In this document: one piece after another, positions 25,106 through 33,552 of the stretch
Numbering within the stretch: the stretch's first letter is position 1
Layout of the letters: the number at the start of each line of letters is the position of its first letter
DNA from: Alkalispirochaeta sp.
GTDB taxonomy: Bacteria > Spirochaetota > Spirochaetia > DSM-27196 > Alkalispirochaetaceae
Direction of reading: 5' to 3'
Length of the DNA: 35,205 nucleotides
Assembly (NCBI GenBank): GCA_041677905.1
Contig: JBAYPC010000001.1
Span: 1 to 35,205, forward strand
Translations under genes and position numbers: made by a program
The notes under the pieces: model-generated
Database searches by the model: none
The model's input: the letters and a program-made list of their open reading frames with translations, nothing else
What the model was told of the DNA's origin: nothing

Positions 25106-26806
25106 ATGGCAGACTGGCTATCAAAGGTCTTCGGGCAGAAGATCAGCGGTGTGAGAGTCACGCCGCTTGTACTGAAGATCGTCACGATCTTCACCTTCTT
25201 TCTCCTCATTTCAAATTTTACTACAAACTACATCAACCTGATGTTGAACCGGGGTGAACAGATCAAGTTGCTAAACCAGCTGCTTGTAAAGGACCTGAAA
25301 GAACTTCACGTCTTTGCCGGTAACCAGCATGAGATTTTCGCGTTCAACCCCGACATGGAAGGAACGATCCGCAGTATTGAAGCCGCTGCCGAACGAAATC
25401 ACCGGGGAGACCACTCTCTGTCGATGGGTGTCCGGCCGGATGGGTCGCTCTTTTTTCAGGCCGGGCGTATAGAACGGCAGGAGACGTTCCCCGATGCTGA
25501 CGCTCTCCAGAGTATGGTGGCCGCCCGGGAGAACGGGGTTCTGGAAGGTACCACCAACTTTACGTTTGCCGGCTATAAGTACTTTGGAGTCTACAAGTAC
25601 AACGATGCATGGGATATGTATCAGATCCGCGCCGAAGAACTCGACGAGTTCTATGCCGATTCCGAGCGGATTTTCCGGCAGATCAGTCTGATTATTATCC
25701 TGATCTCGACCATCTTTGTGGTGGTGGGGATACTGATCCTGCGGTTTATCCTTCGGTTTCTCCGCGTCATCACCGACAACATCATGCGCATGCAGGGTGA
25801 CCAGGCGCTGGATATTATGGACCTGAAAGGTGCGCCCAACGACGATGTGACCTACCTGGGAGTTGCCCTGAATTCACTGACGAACACTATCGACAACCTG
25901 ATGAACATCTTCAAGAAGTTTGTCGCCAGGGACGTCGCCGCCAAGGCGTACCGGGAACGCGAAATTCGCCTGGAAGGTACAAAGCGTGATCTGACCATCC
26001 TCTTTACCGACATCAAGAGCTTTACCTTCATGACCGAGACGCTGGGGACGGACATCATCAAACTGCTGAACCTCCATTATGACCGGGCGATCAGCCACAT
26101 CCACGAACACAACGGTGACATAGGCTCCATTATCGGCGACGCCCTTCTGGCGGTCTTTGGTACGGTGGTAGACGATTCGCAGAACAAGAGTCTTCAGGCG
26201 GTGAACGCCGCATACAAGATCCACGATGTCGCAGCGTCCCTCCGAAAAGAAATGTACAAACGTCGGGAGATCATCCTCAAACAGCGTGGTAGTCTGACTG
26301 AGGCGGAGGAAGACGTTTTTCGGGCGGTCCTCCTGGAAGTCGGCGTAGGAATAGACGGTGGAGAGGTATTTTACGGCAACATCGGCAGCTACGAGCGGAT
26401 GGTGAACACCGTCATTGGAGACAACGTGAACAGCGCCTCCCGCCTTGAAGGTCTGACGCGGTTTTATAAAGTCCCTGTGGTGGTGTCGGAGTACGTCAAG
26501 GACGAAGTTGTTCAGGTGACCAATCACTACGAATTCATGGAGCTGGACCAGGTTCAGGTCAAAGGAAAGACCGAGGGTAAGAAGATATTCTGGCCTATCA
26601 TCCGGGAACACTTTGACGACCGGTTACGCAAAGATGTGGAATCGTACAAACAGGGACTGCATCTGTACTATGTCGGAGACTGGGAGGAGGCTGCAAGCCA
26701 TTTCGACCAGTGTACTTTCTCTGTCGCAGAGCTGTTTTCCCAACGAATTGCCGGTAAAAAGGCGCCGTTGGGTTGGAACGGCGTATGGACGATGAGTGAA
26801 AAATGA
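25106..26806 (+). CDS. Membrane-anchored class III nucleotide (adenylate/guanylate-family) cyclase
   Basis: Two TM helices flank a periplasmic domain, followed by a HAMP-like linker and the catalytic motifs ILFTDIKSFT, IIGDA, GVGI..GEV..GNIG and TVIGDNVNSASRLEG, VKGK. ATG 25106 with SD GAAGG is preferred to TTG 25067. Confidence 0.9.
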   Translation: MADWLSKVFGQKISGVRVTPLVLKIVTIFTFFLLISNFTTNYINLMLNRGEQIKLLNQLLVKDLKELHVFAGNQHEIFAFNPDMEGTIRSIEAAAERNHRGDHSLSMGVRPDGSLFFQAGRIERQETFPDADALQSMVAARENGVLEGTTNFTFAGYKYFGVYKYNDAWDMYQIRAEELDEFYADSERIFRQISLIIILISTIFVVVGILILRFILRFLRVITDNIMRMQGDQALDIMDLKGAPNDDVTYLGVALNSLTNTIDNLMNIFKKFVARDVAAKAYREREIRLEGTKRDLTILFTDIKSFTFMTETLGTDIIKLLNLHYDRAISHIHEHNGDIGSIIGDALLAVFGTVVDDSQNKSLQAVNAAYKIHDVAASLRKEMYKRREIILKQRGSLTEAEEDVFRAVLLEVGVGIDGGEVFYGNIGSYERMVNTVIGDNVNSASRLEGLTRFYKVPVVVSEYVKDEVVQVTNHYEFMELDQVQVKGKTEGKKIFWPIIREHFDDRLRKDVESYKQGLHLYYVGDWEEAASHFDQCTFSVAELFSQRIAGKKAPLGWNGVWTMSEK

Positions 26807-28224
26807 GTGATAAACCCAAGAAACCAGTAACGGATCTTGTAGCGCGCAGCAAATTGATCTTCCTGCAGGAAATTGTGGAGGAGTACCGGGAGAGCCATCC
26901 TCAGTACGATCTCCACGCCGAATTTGCCAAGACAAAGAAAAACCGGAGCTTGATGATACCAGGTGTCATTCTGGCGCTGATTGTTGTCTTTTCGATAGTT
27001 ATTGTCGCGGTTACTCGGTATATCGGGGTGGCCAGCACGTCGATACAGGTCAACATCGACGACTTTGCCGATGTAAACCTGAGAGATGTACTCGACGAAG
27101 CTCAACGGTTGCAGAACCAGCAGGAGGCCGCTCAGCGACAGCTCAAACAGTTTCGCGCCGAGCTTGCCGATGGGATTGCCCGAGTGGAACGGGAACGGGA
27201 TCGGAGTATACAGCTGGTGAACAACCAGGGGTTGAGCGTCGCCCGGAGAAATGCCCGCCGGGCCGAACTGACGGCCCAGGCGGAATCGGAAATTGCCAGT
27301 CTGCAGGGCGAGTACAACCCCCGGATTGCGGAACTGGAAGAGCGTATCCAGCTGCTTCAGGAGCAGATGGACCAATACGACTCGCGACAGCTCGAACAGG
27401 CCCGGGAGCAAGAGGAAATTCTTAACAACCAGCAGAAGGTGTTTGAGCTGGAAAAACAGGAAATCCGCGAAGACTACGAGGCAGAAATTGCCAGGCTGAC
27501 AAAATCGTATGATTCGGAACTCGCCCAGATGGAGGCGTTCCAACAGGACTTTGAACAGGCCGTTCGGCAACGCCACGCCGAAGAGCTGGCGGCAATGTAC
27601 AATCGGTACAACCCCGTCTTTGAACCGGAGACGGAAACACTGCTGAACCGGCCGCTTTCGGAAGGGTCCCGGACGTTCGGGCCTCTTGCGGCCTATTCAA
27701 CGACCCTCGGGGATAACGGTATCGCCTCCAGGCGGGAATACGCGGAACTGCGGCAGCAGTACGCCGAGCTGCAGCAGATTGTCGCCCGGCTGCAGGAGGT
27801 TCCCTATGAAAACTCCGTCGGTCAGGCGCTGGTACAACTGGAAGGACGGATATATGACCTGCTCCGGCGGTACGAGCGGCTCTGGACCGGTTTAGACGGT
27901 TTGGTAGCAGCCCAGGATGCTGTCATGGAGCGGCAGGAACGAAAATTGGATGGTTACTTCTATTCCGTGGATGAACTGACGAAGTTTAACGGTGAAACCG
28001 GGTATATTCTTGATCCTCGTGATCCCGACAGGATCATCGTACACATTGGGAGTGTCCGGTCTGTTCGGGAAGGGGCGCTGGGTTACGTTTTCCGTCGTGA
28101 TGATGAGTTCATCGGTTCCGTACGCTTTGTCCGACAAGACGGTGAAATGGTTGCCAGGCAGGTAGAGACCGTAGAAGATCAGGAAATACGCGCATTCGAC
28201 AAGATTCTGATTGAGGCGCAGTAA
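26803..28224 (+). CDS. Hypothetical single-pass membrane protein with a long coiled coil
   Basis: TM segment (LMIPGVILALIVVFSIVIVAV) at about aa 50-72, E/Q/R-rich heptads and a beta-rich C-terminus; ATGA overlap with the cyclase. Confidence 0.8.
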   Translation: MSDKPKKPVTDLVARSKLIFLQEIVEEYRESHPQYDLHAEFAKTKKNRSLMIPGVILALIVVFSIVIVAVTRYIGVASTSIQVNIDDFADVNLRDVLDEAQRLQNQQEAAQRQLKQFRAELADGIARVERERDRSIQLVNNQGLSVARRNARRAELTAQAESEIASLQGEYNPRIAELEERIQLLQEQMDQYDSRQLEQAREQEEILNNQQKVFELEKQEIREDYEAEIARLTKSYDSELAQMEAFQQDFEQAVRQRHAEELAAMYNRYNPVFEPETETLLNRPLSEGSRTFGPLAAYSTTLGDNGIASRREYAELRQQYAELQQIVARLQEVPYENSVGQALVQLEGRIYDLLRRYERLWTGLDGLVAAQDAVMERQERKLDGYFYSVDELTKFNGETGYILDPRDPDRIIVHIGSVRSVREGALGYVFRRDDEFIGSVRFVRQDGEMVARQVETVEDQEIRAFDKILIEAQ

Positions 28225-28253
28225 ACCATGCAAACCATGCAGGAGAACGGATA

Positions 28254-29309
28254 ATGTATAAAAAGGCGCTTTTTTTCTTTCTCGCCGTATTGACGGTCAT
28301 TGCGCCGGTGAGTGCGCAATCGGGGAGTGATCAGGTCCGGAACCAGCTGAAATCTGCGGGCTACGAGGTCACCGGCTCCCGCTCGCAGGGCGGAATGCCC
28401 GTTTGGGACTTGCGAACCGACGGTGGGATGCGCTTTTCGGTCGCCATGATTGGGTCTTTCGGTACCGTTCGCAGTCAGGCGGTGAAATCCCTTCTTGAAA
28501 TTATCTCCGGGCTGAAAGGCCTTGTCCCTGACAGTGTCCGTTTTGTCTTTGAAGAAAACAGGGCAACCGCTATAGTGATACCTCGCAGTTTTGAAATTGG
28601 CGGACAAGCGTATGCCGATTACATGCCCTCGGGAATGCAGTTCATCTATGACGACGCACCGGCCTACGATTTCCGCATGCTGGTTGAGAACCTGGCGGTT
28701 CGTATTAACGGTGCTTTTCTGACGAACCAGCAGTTCCTTGACAGGATCGTCCGGGCCGTGGAAAACCCTGCAGCGTATATTCAGAGCTCGGATCCACAGT
28801 TTCTGGCGCAGCAGATTCAGGAACTGCAGCGGCTTTTTGACCGTATATCGGCTCAACTGGCACAGCAGGCTGAAGCGATGGCCCAGGGTGACGCGGAGTT
28901 GTCAGGGGCCGTTTCCCAGGCGGTCCGAGAGGGTGAACAGGCGCTGCACCAGGTTATTCGTCAAGGCGAAGAGACGACCGAAGAGATTCACCAACGTATT
29001 ACGGAACTGCAGGTGCAGACCGAAGCGGCTTTTGAAGATGTTGCCCTTGAACGTGCCGAGTTTAGGGATCAATTCAGTCGGCTTCGTGAAGGGTTGGTTA
29101 TTCTGGCGAGTCGTAATATCTTTGGCAGTCTGAAAGAAATCGCTCCTGCAACTGCTGAACGGGTAGTGGAACTGCGTCGCGCGAATCCTGATTTATCGGC
29201 GGACGAGGCGCGCGCCCAGGTCAACAGTGAGCTGCCCGATGAGGCCACGCCGCTCCACAAGAAACACGTGCAGGCGATATACGCCCTCTTTTTTAACGAC
29301 TATCGGTGA
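28254..29309 (+). CDS. Hypothetical exported protein with a C-terminal coiled coil
   Basis: Signal peptide MYKKALFFFLAVLTVIAPVSA-Q, SD AGGAG, and a Q/E-rich helical C-terminal half. Confidence 0.8.
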   Translation: MYKKALFFFLAVLTVIAPVSAQSGSDQVRNQLKSAGYEVTGSRSQGGMPVWDLRTDGGMRFSVAMIGSFGTVRSQAVKSLLEIISGLKGLVPDSVRFVFEENRATAIVIPRSFEIGGQAYADYMPSGMQFIYDDAPAYDFRMLVENLAVRINGAFLTNQQFLDRIVRAVENPAAYIQSSDPQFLAQQIQELQRLFDRISAQLAQQAEAMAQGDAELSGAVSQAVREGEQALHQVIRQGEETTEEIHQRITELQVQTEAAFEDVALERAEFRDQFSRLREGLVILASRNIFGSLKEIAPATAERVVELRRANPDLSADEARAQVNSELPDEATPLHKKHVQAIYALFFNDYR

Positions 29310-29333
29310 GACCGCGCTTTCCACCGTTCGGTC

Positions 29334-29362
29334 TTGCAGGAAATCGATCCTCTCTATATAGT
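29334..29362 (+). promoter_or_regulatory. Putative sigma70 promoter of fusA
   Basis: TTGCAG, 17 bp, TATAGT. Confidence 0.55.
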
Positions 29363-29412
29363 GGCTTTCGCAACAAAAGAAGACACGAGATTACAGTAAG
29401 GGAATATTTTTA

Positions 29413-31500
29413 ATGAATGAAAAACTGGCAAAAATGCGCAATATAGGTATCTCCGCGCACATTGACAGCGGCAAAACGACGCTCTCAGAGCGGATTCTTT
29501 TTTATACCGAGAAAATTCATGCAGTTCATGAAGTTCGTGGAAAGGATGGAGTCGGTGCCACCATGGATTCCATGGAACTGGAACGGGAGCGGGGAATCAC
29601 CATCCAGTCTGCCGCCACCAACGTGACGTGGAAGGGACACCCCATCAACGTTATCGATACTCCCGGCCACGTGGACTTTACCATTGAGGTTGAACGGGCG
29701 TTACGGGTTCTGGACGGGGCAATCCTGATTCTGGACTCCGTGGCGGGTGTACAATCCCAGTCAATTACCGTTGACCGACAGTTGAAACGGTACTCCGTAC
29801 CCCGTCTCGCATTTGTAAACAAGTGTGACCGGACCGGCGCGGCCCCGCTGAAGGCGAGGCAGCAACTGGAAGACAAACTTGGATTGAACGCGGTTATGGC
29901 TCAACTTCCGATCGGCCTTGAAGACAAGCACACCGGTGTGGTCGATCTGGTGCGGATGAAGGCGATCTATTTCGAAGGGGAAGCCGGTGAGATGATCCGG
30001 GAAGACAGTATTCCCGTAGATATGGTTGACCAGGCCGAAGAATACCGGGAAAAACTCCTTGACGCCGTTTCCATGTTTGATGAAGACCTGATGGAAGCGG
30101 TTCTGGACGGGTCTGTCACGGAAGAGCAGATCGATGCGGTAATACGCAAGGCGGTCATTGCCAATGAGCTATGCCCCGTTTACGTCGGTAGTGCATATAA
30201 GAACAAGGGTGTTCAGACACTCCTGGATGCCGTCGTCAAGTACCTTCCTTCACCACAGGACATAACCAACCGTGCCCTTGATCTGGATAATGATGAAGCG
30301 GAGTACATCACCGTTTCCGACGATACCAAGCCGACCATTGCGCTCGCCTTCAAGCTGGAAGACGGACAGTACGGTCAGTTAACGTACATCCGAATCTATC
30401 AGGGGATGGTAAAAAAAGGGTCCGATCTGTACAACGTTCGGACCCGAAAGAAGTTCAAGGTCGGACGGTTGATCCGTATGCACTCTAACCACATGGCGGA
30501 TATCAACGAAGCGGGCAGCGGTGATATCGTCGCGCTGTTTGGGGTCGACTGTGCCTCAGGTGATACCTTTTGTCACCCCGACATAAATGTATCAATGACG
30601 TCCATGTTTGTTCCCAATCCGGTCATCTCCCTGGCAATCAAACCGAAAGACAAAGTCTCGTCTGATCGAATGGGTAAGGCTATTGGTCGATTTGTGAAGG
30701 AAGACCCGACGTTCCGCAGTCACGTGGATGAAGAGACCAACGAAACGATCATTCAGGGAATGGGTGAACTTCATCTTGATGTCTATGTAGAACGGATGAA
30801 GCGGGAGTACAAGGCGGAAGTTGAAACGGGAATGCCCGAGGTCGCCTACCGGGAGACGATCAGCCAACGGGCGGACTTTAACTACACCCACAAAAAACAG
30901 ACCGGCGGTAGCGGCCAGTTCGGTCGAGTTGCCGGTTACATCGAACCCAATGCAGACGACAACTATGAGTTCATAAACCAGATAAAAGGTGGCGTAATCC
31001 CCACCGAGTACATTCCTGCGGTGGATAAAGGGATGCAGATGGCCATGGTCAAGGGTTCGTATATCGGGTATCCCGTTGTGGGGATCCGGGCGCTCGTCAA
31101 CGACGGGTCAACCCATCCGGTCGATTCATCGGATCAGGCCTTTCAGACTGCCGGACTCGGTGCGTTCAGGACCGCCTATGAGAAGGCTAAGCCGATCGCC
31201 CTGGAACCGATCATGAAGGTGGTGGTTGAGGGTCCTACAGAATTTCAGGGAAATATCTTTGCCACACTGAATCAGCGACGAGGCGTGATCATCGCTTCAA
31301 ATGAAGACGGACTGTTCAGTTTCGTCGAAGCTGAGGTTCCTCTGGCCGAGATGTTCGGCTTTTCAACGATACTACGTTCCCTGACACAAGGTAAGGCGGA
31401 GTACTCCATGGAATTTTTGAAATACGGTAAAGTACCTCACAGTATCGCTGAGGAACTTCGCGCAAAGTACCTGAAAGCCAGGCAAGACGGGAACAAGTAA
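29413..31500 (+). CDS. fusA: Elongation factor G (EF-G1 type, outside the str operon)
   Basis: [56 protein letters not shown] and LEPIM motifs. Confidence 0.96.
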   Translation: MNEKLAKMRNIGISAHIDSGKTTLSERILFYTEKIHAVHEVRGKDGVGATMDSMELERERGITIQSAATNVTWKGHPINVIDTPGHVDFTIEVERALRVLDGAILILDSVAGVQSQSITVDRQLKRYSVPRLAFVNKCDRTGAAPLKARQQLEDKLGLNAVMAQLPIGLEDKHTGVVDLVRMKAIYFEGEAGEMIREDSIPVDMVDQAEEYREKLLDAVSMFDEDLMEAVLDGSVTEEQIDAVIRKAVIANELCPVYVGSAYKNKGVQTLLDAVVKYLPSPQDITNRALDLDNDEAEYITVSDDTKPTIALAFKLEDGQYGQLTYIRIYQGMVKKGSDLYNVRTRKKFKVGRLIRMHSNHMADINEAGSGDIVALFGVDCASGDTFCHPDINVSMTSMFVPNPVISLAIKPKDKVSSDRMGKAIGRFVKEDPTFRSHVDEETNETIIQGMGELHLDVYVERMKREYKAEVETGMPEVAYRETISQRADFNYTHKKQTGGSGQFGRVAGYIEPNADDNYEFINQIKGGVIPTEYIPAVDKGMQMAMVKGSYIGYPVVGIRALVNDGSTHPVDSSDQAFQTAGLGAFRTAYEKAKPIALEPIMKVVVEGPTEFQGNIFATLNQRRGVIIASNEDGLFSFVEAEVPLAEMFGFSTILRSLTQGKAEYSMEFLKYGKVPHSIAEELRAKYLKARQDGNK

Positions 31501-31513
31501 GGAGAAACGCAGG

Positions 31514-32218
31514 ATGGTCAATAAAGAACTCGTAGAACACAGTGCCCTCCGGATACTGGAAAATTCCATACAAGGGGGGGCTACTGAAGGGAAAATAGGC
31601 GTCATCGCTGCACGTAAGGGTACCGGGAAAACCGCTTCCCTGGTCCATATCGCCACAGATCAGCTGCTTCAGGGTAAGCACGTTATTCATGTTTCATTTT
31701 CCGGTCGGACCGATCATATCATCAGCTGGTATGAGGATATTTTTAACGAAATCACCAAGAAACAGTCTATCGACAAGCCGCTGGAAGTCCATGATGAACT
31801 CATCAAGAGACGGGTCATACTGAATTTTAACCAACACGGGGTGACCCGAGAACAACTGCTGCGTAGTATCTCCGCCCTGGTTGACGACGGTCAGTTCCAC
31901 GCCGATGTGATAGTGGTGGACGGGTATGATTTTCGTACGGGTGAACCGGAGACGCTGCGTGTTTTGCGCGATTTCGCGTCCGAACGGGGCATAACCGTCT
32001 GGATCAGTGCATCGACTCGCCGTGAAGATCCTGAACCCGATCAAAACGGTGTTCCCGCTCTGTTGAAACCCTTTATAGACAGTATTGCGATAGTTATCAC
32101 CCTGGCACCGGAACAGGGCCATTCAACGCTCTGGCTGATAAAGGACCACGAAACGTATCGAAGGGAGAACCTCCATCTGGAATTGGACAGCAGGACTCTT
32201 TTGATCCGGAAAGTCTAG
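31514..32218 (+). CDS. Uncharacterised RecA/KaiC-like P-loop protein
   Basis: Variant Walker A ARKGTGKT, HVSF strand and Walker B VIVVDG; SD within AAGGAG...AGG; 13 bp after fusA. Confidence 0.72.
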   Translation: MVNKELVEHSALRILENSIQGGATEGKIGVIAARKGTGKTASLVHIATDQLLQGKHVIHVSFSGRTDHIISWYEDIFNEITKKQSIDKPLEVHDELIKRRVILNFNQHGVTREQLLRSISALVDDGQFHADVIVVDGYDFRTGEPETLRVLRDFASERGITVWISASTRREDPEPDQNGVPALLKPFIDSIAIVITLAPEQGHSTLWLIKDHETYRRENLHLELDSRTLLIRKV

Positions 32219-32236
32219 ATTTTAAGGTGAACCCGG

Positions 32237-32929
32237 TTATCGGTGGTGGTCGACCCCTATTTTGGGGCAGACATCTTCAAGGGGACACCGTGAGCACCAT
32301 GGACTTCGGGGTGTGCATATCTTCTGCCCAAATCCGACAAGCCACTGGTTCATGGGTATCCAGAACTGTTCAGGCACGATTTCCATAAGGGCAAGCTCGG
32401 ACTGCTCAGGCGTTTTGGTCGCTATCCAGCCCAGTCGGTTTGGAATACGGTGGACGTGGATATCAACACAGATTGCGGGTATGCCGAATCCGATCCCGAG
32501 GACAAGATTGGCTGTTTTTCGTCCGACACCGGGGAGGGCTATTAATCCTTCAAGTGTGTTCGGAACGGTTCCGCCGGCAGTATTTACCAGGATGTTGGCG
32601 ATGCGGGAGAGGTTTTTTGCCTTGTTCCGGTAAAAACCGGCGGGATAGATAAGGGACGCTATCTCCTCGGGCGGCAGAAGGGCCATCTCCTGGGCACTTC
32701 CGGCTCGGGCCAATAGCCGCGCCGAGGCGGGGAAGGTTACCTCGTCCCTGGTGCGGAGACTGATAACTGTTGAAACCAGGACGTGAAAAGGATCAACTGA
32801 ATGCGATGCATCGGCAACCCTGTTAACGCCGGCCCGGTAGTCCGCCCCGATCGCCTCACTGATCAGGTGGAACCTGTGTTCCCACAGGCCTGTACTACTT
32901 GAGTTGCTTGAACTATTTCTCGTCCCCAT
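32237..32929 (-). CDS. nth: Endonuclease III (HhH-GPD glycosylase with 4Fe-4S cluster)
   Basis: LIYPAGFYRNKA, LPGVGRKTANLVL, VDIHVHRI.NRLG and C-X6-C-X2-C-X5-C motifs. The start is uncertain (32929 or 32959); both overlap the carD end. Confidence 0.9.
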   Translation of the reverse strand: MGTRNSSSNSSSTGLWEHRFHLISEAIGADYRAGVNRVADASHSVDPFHVLVSTVISLRTRDEVTFPASARLLARAGSAQEMALLPPEEIASLIYPAGFYRNKAKNLSRIANILVNTAGGTVPNTLEGLIALPGVGRKTANLVLGIGFGIPAICVDIHVHRIPNRLGWIATKTPEQSELALMEIVPEQFWIPMNQWLVGFGQKICTPRSPWCSRCPLEDVCPKIGVDHHR

Positions 32930-33485
32930 TGTCGTCGTCGGGGATGATGGCCTCGTCATCCTCTGATTTGTCCGTTTCTTCCTCCAACTTCCGGAATATC
33001 AGTTCTTCTACTTCCTTGGTGTTGATATCCAGGGAGAAAGAGACCTCATCCACCATGAGTTGAAGGGCCGTGTCGTAGAGTTTGCGCTCCATGATCGGTA
33101 GTTCTTTCACTTTTTTGCGGGCATAGAGGGTGCGAACGACCGATGCGATGTCCTCAATGGAACCTTTCTTGAGAAGATCCAGATTCATCTGGTAACGCAG
33201 TTTCCAGTCCGCTGGAATCGGTTCAAACTCCTGGGTGAAGAGATCCAGGGCGGCGTGGGCTTCTTCTTTTGGAACAATCGCACGAATACCGTGTTCGACG
33301 GCTCTGTCGACGGGAATCTTGACGGTCATGTCCGAAACAGGCAGGTAGATGATGTAGTACAGCGTCTTCTGGCCCTTGAAGTCCATTTCTACAATATCCG
33401 TAATCTGTCCTACACCCTGAAGAGGGTACACCACCTGCTGCAATTTCTGAAACGTGGTCTTTTTTGCTTTAGCGCTACTGCTCAT
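32913..33485 (-). CDS. carD: CarD-family transcription factor
   Basis: VVYPLQGVGQI RNAP-interaction domain, conserved Trp in DWKLRY, ERKLY..A...LM..E, and an acidic tail. Confidence 0.88.
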   Translation of the reverse strand: MSSSAKAKKTTFQKLQQVVYPLQGVGQITDIVEMDFKGQKTLYYIIYLPVSDMTVKIPVDRAVEHGIRAIVPKEEAHAALDLFTQEFEPIPADWKLRYQMNLDLLKKGSIEDIASVVRTLYARKKVKELPIMERKLYDTALQLMVDEVSFSLDINTKEVEELIFRKLEEETDKSEDDEAIIPDDDNGDEK

Positions 33486-33492
33486 TCTGCGG

Positions 33493-33522
33493 AGTATACT
33501 AAATCTGATGGTCTCTGGTCAA
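33493..33522 (-). promoter_or_regulatory. Near-consensus sigma70 promoter of carD (leaderless candidate)
   Basis: Minus strand: TTGACC, 18 bp, TATACT, then 7 nt to ATG 33485; no SD. Confidence 0.7.
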
Positions 33523-33552
33523 AGATACCTCCGACCGCGTCGGATCTTCCGA

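Noticed and set aside
9513-26806. Calling the cyclase and cNMP effector a Pycsar defence system
   Set aside because: The genes are about 13 kb apart among housekeeping genes, the cyclase is a membrane sensor type, and there are no mobility or defence-island signs.
28223-28240. aaaccatgc x2 duplication between the coiled-coil genes
   Set aside because: Only two 9-bp units; most simply explained by slippage.
25874-28856. Minus-strand ORFs of 245, 302 and 225 aa
   Set aside because: Shadows of the cyclase and coiled-coil genes. Their L/F-rich composition mirrors E/Q/K codons on the plus strand, which has the TM, signal and SD evidence.
31514-32218. Calling the P-loop protein KaiC or DnaB
   Set aside because: It is a single short domain, lacks the KaiC EE motif and duplication, and has no DnaB N-terminal domain; only the fold-level call is supportable.
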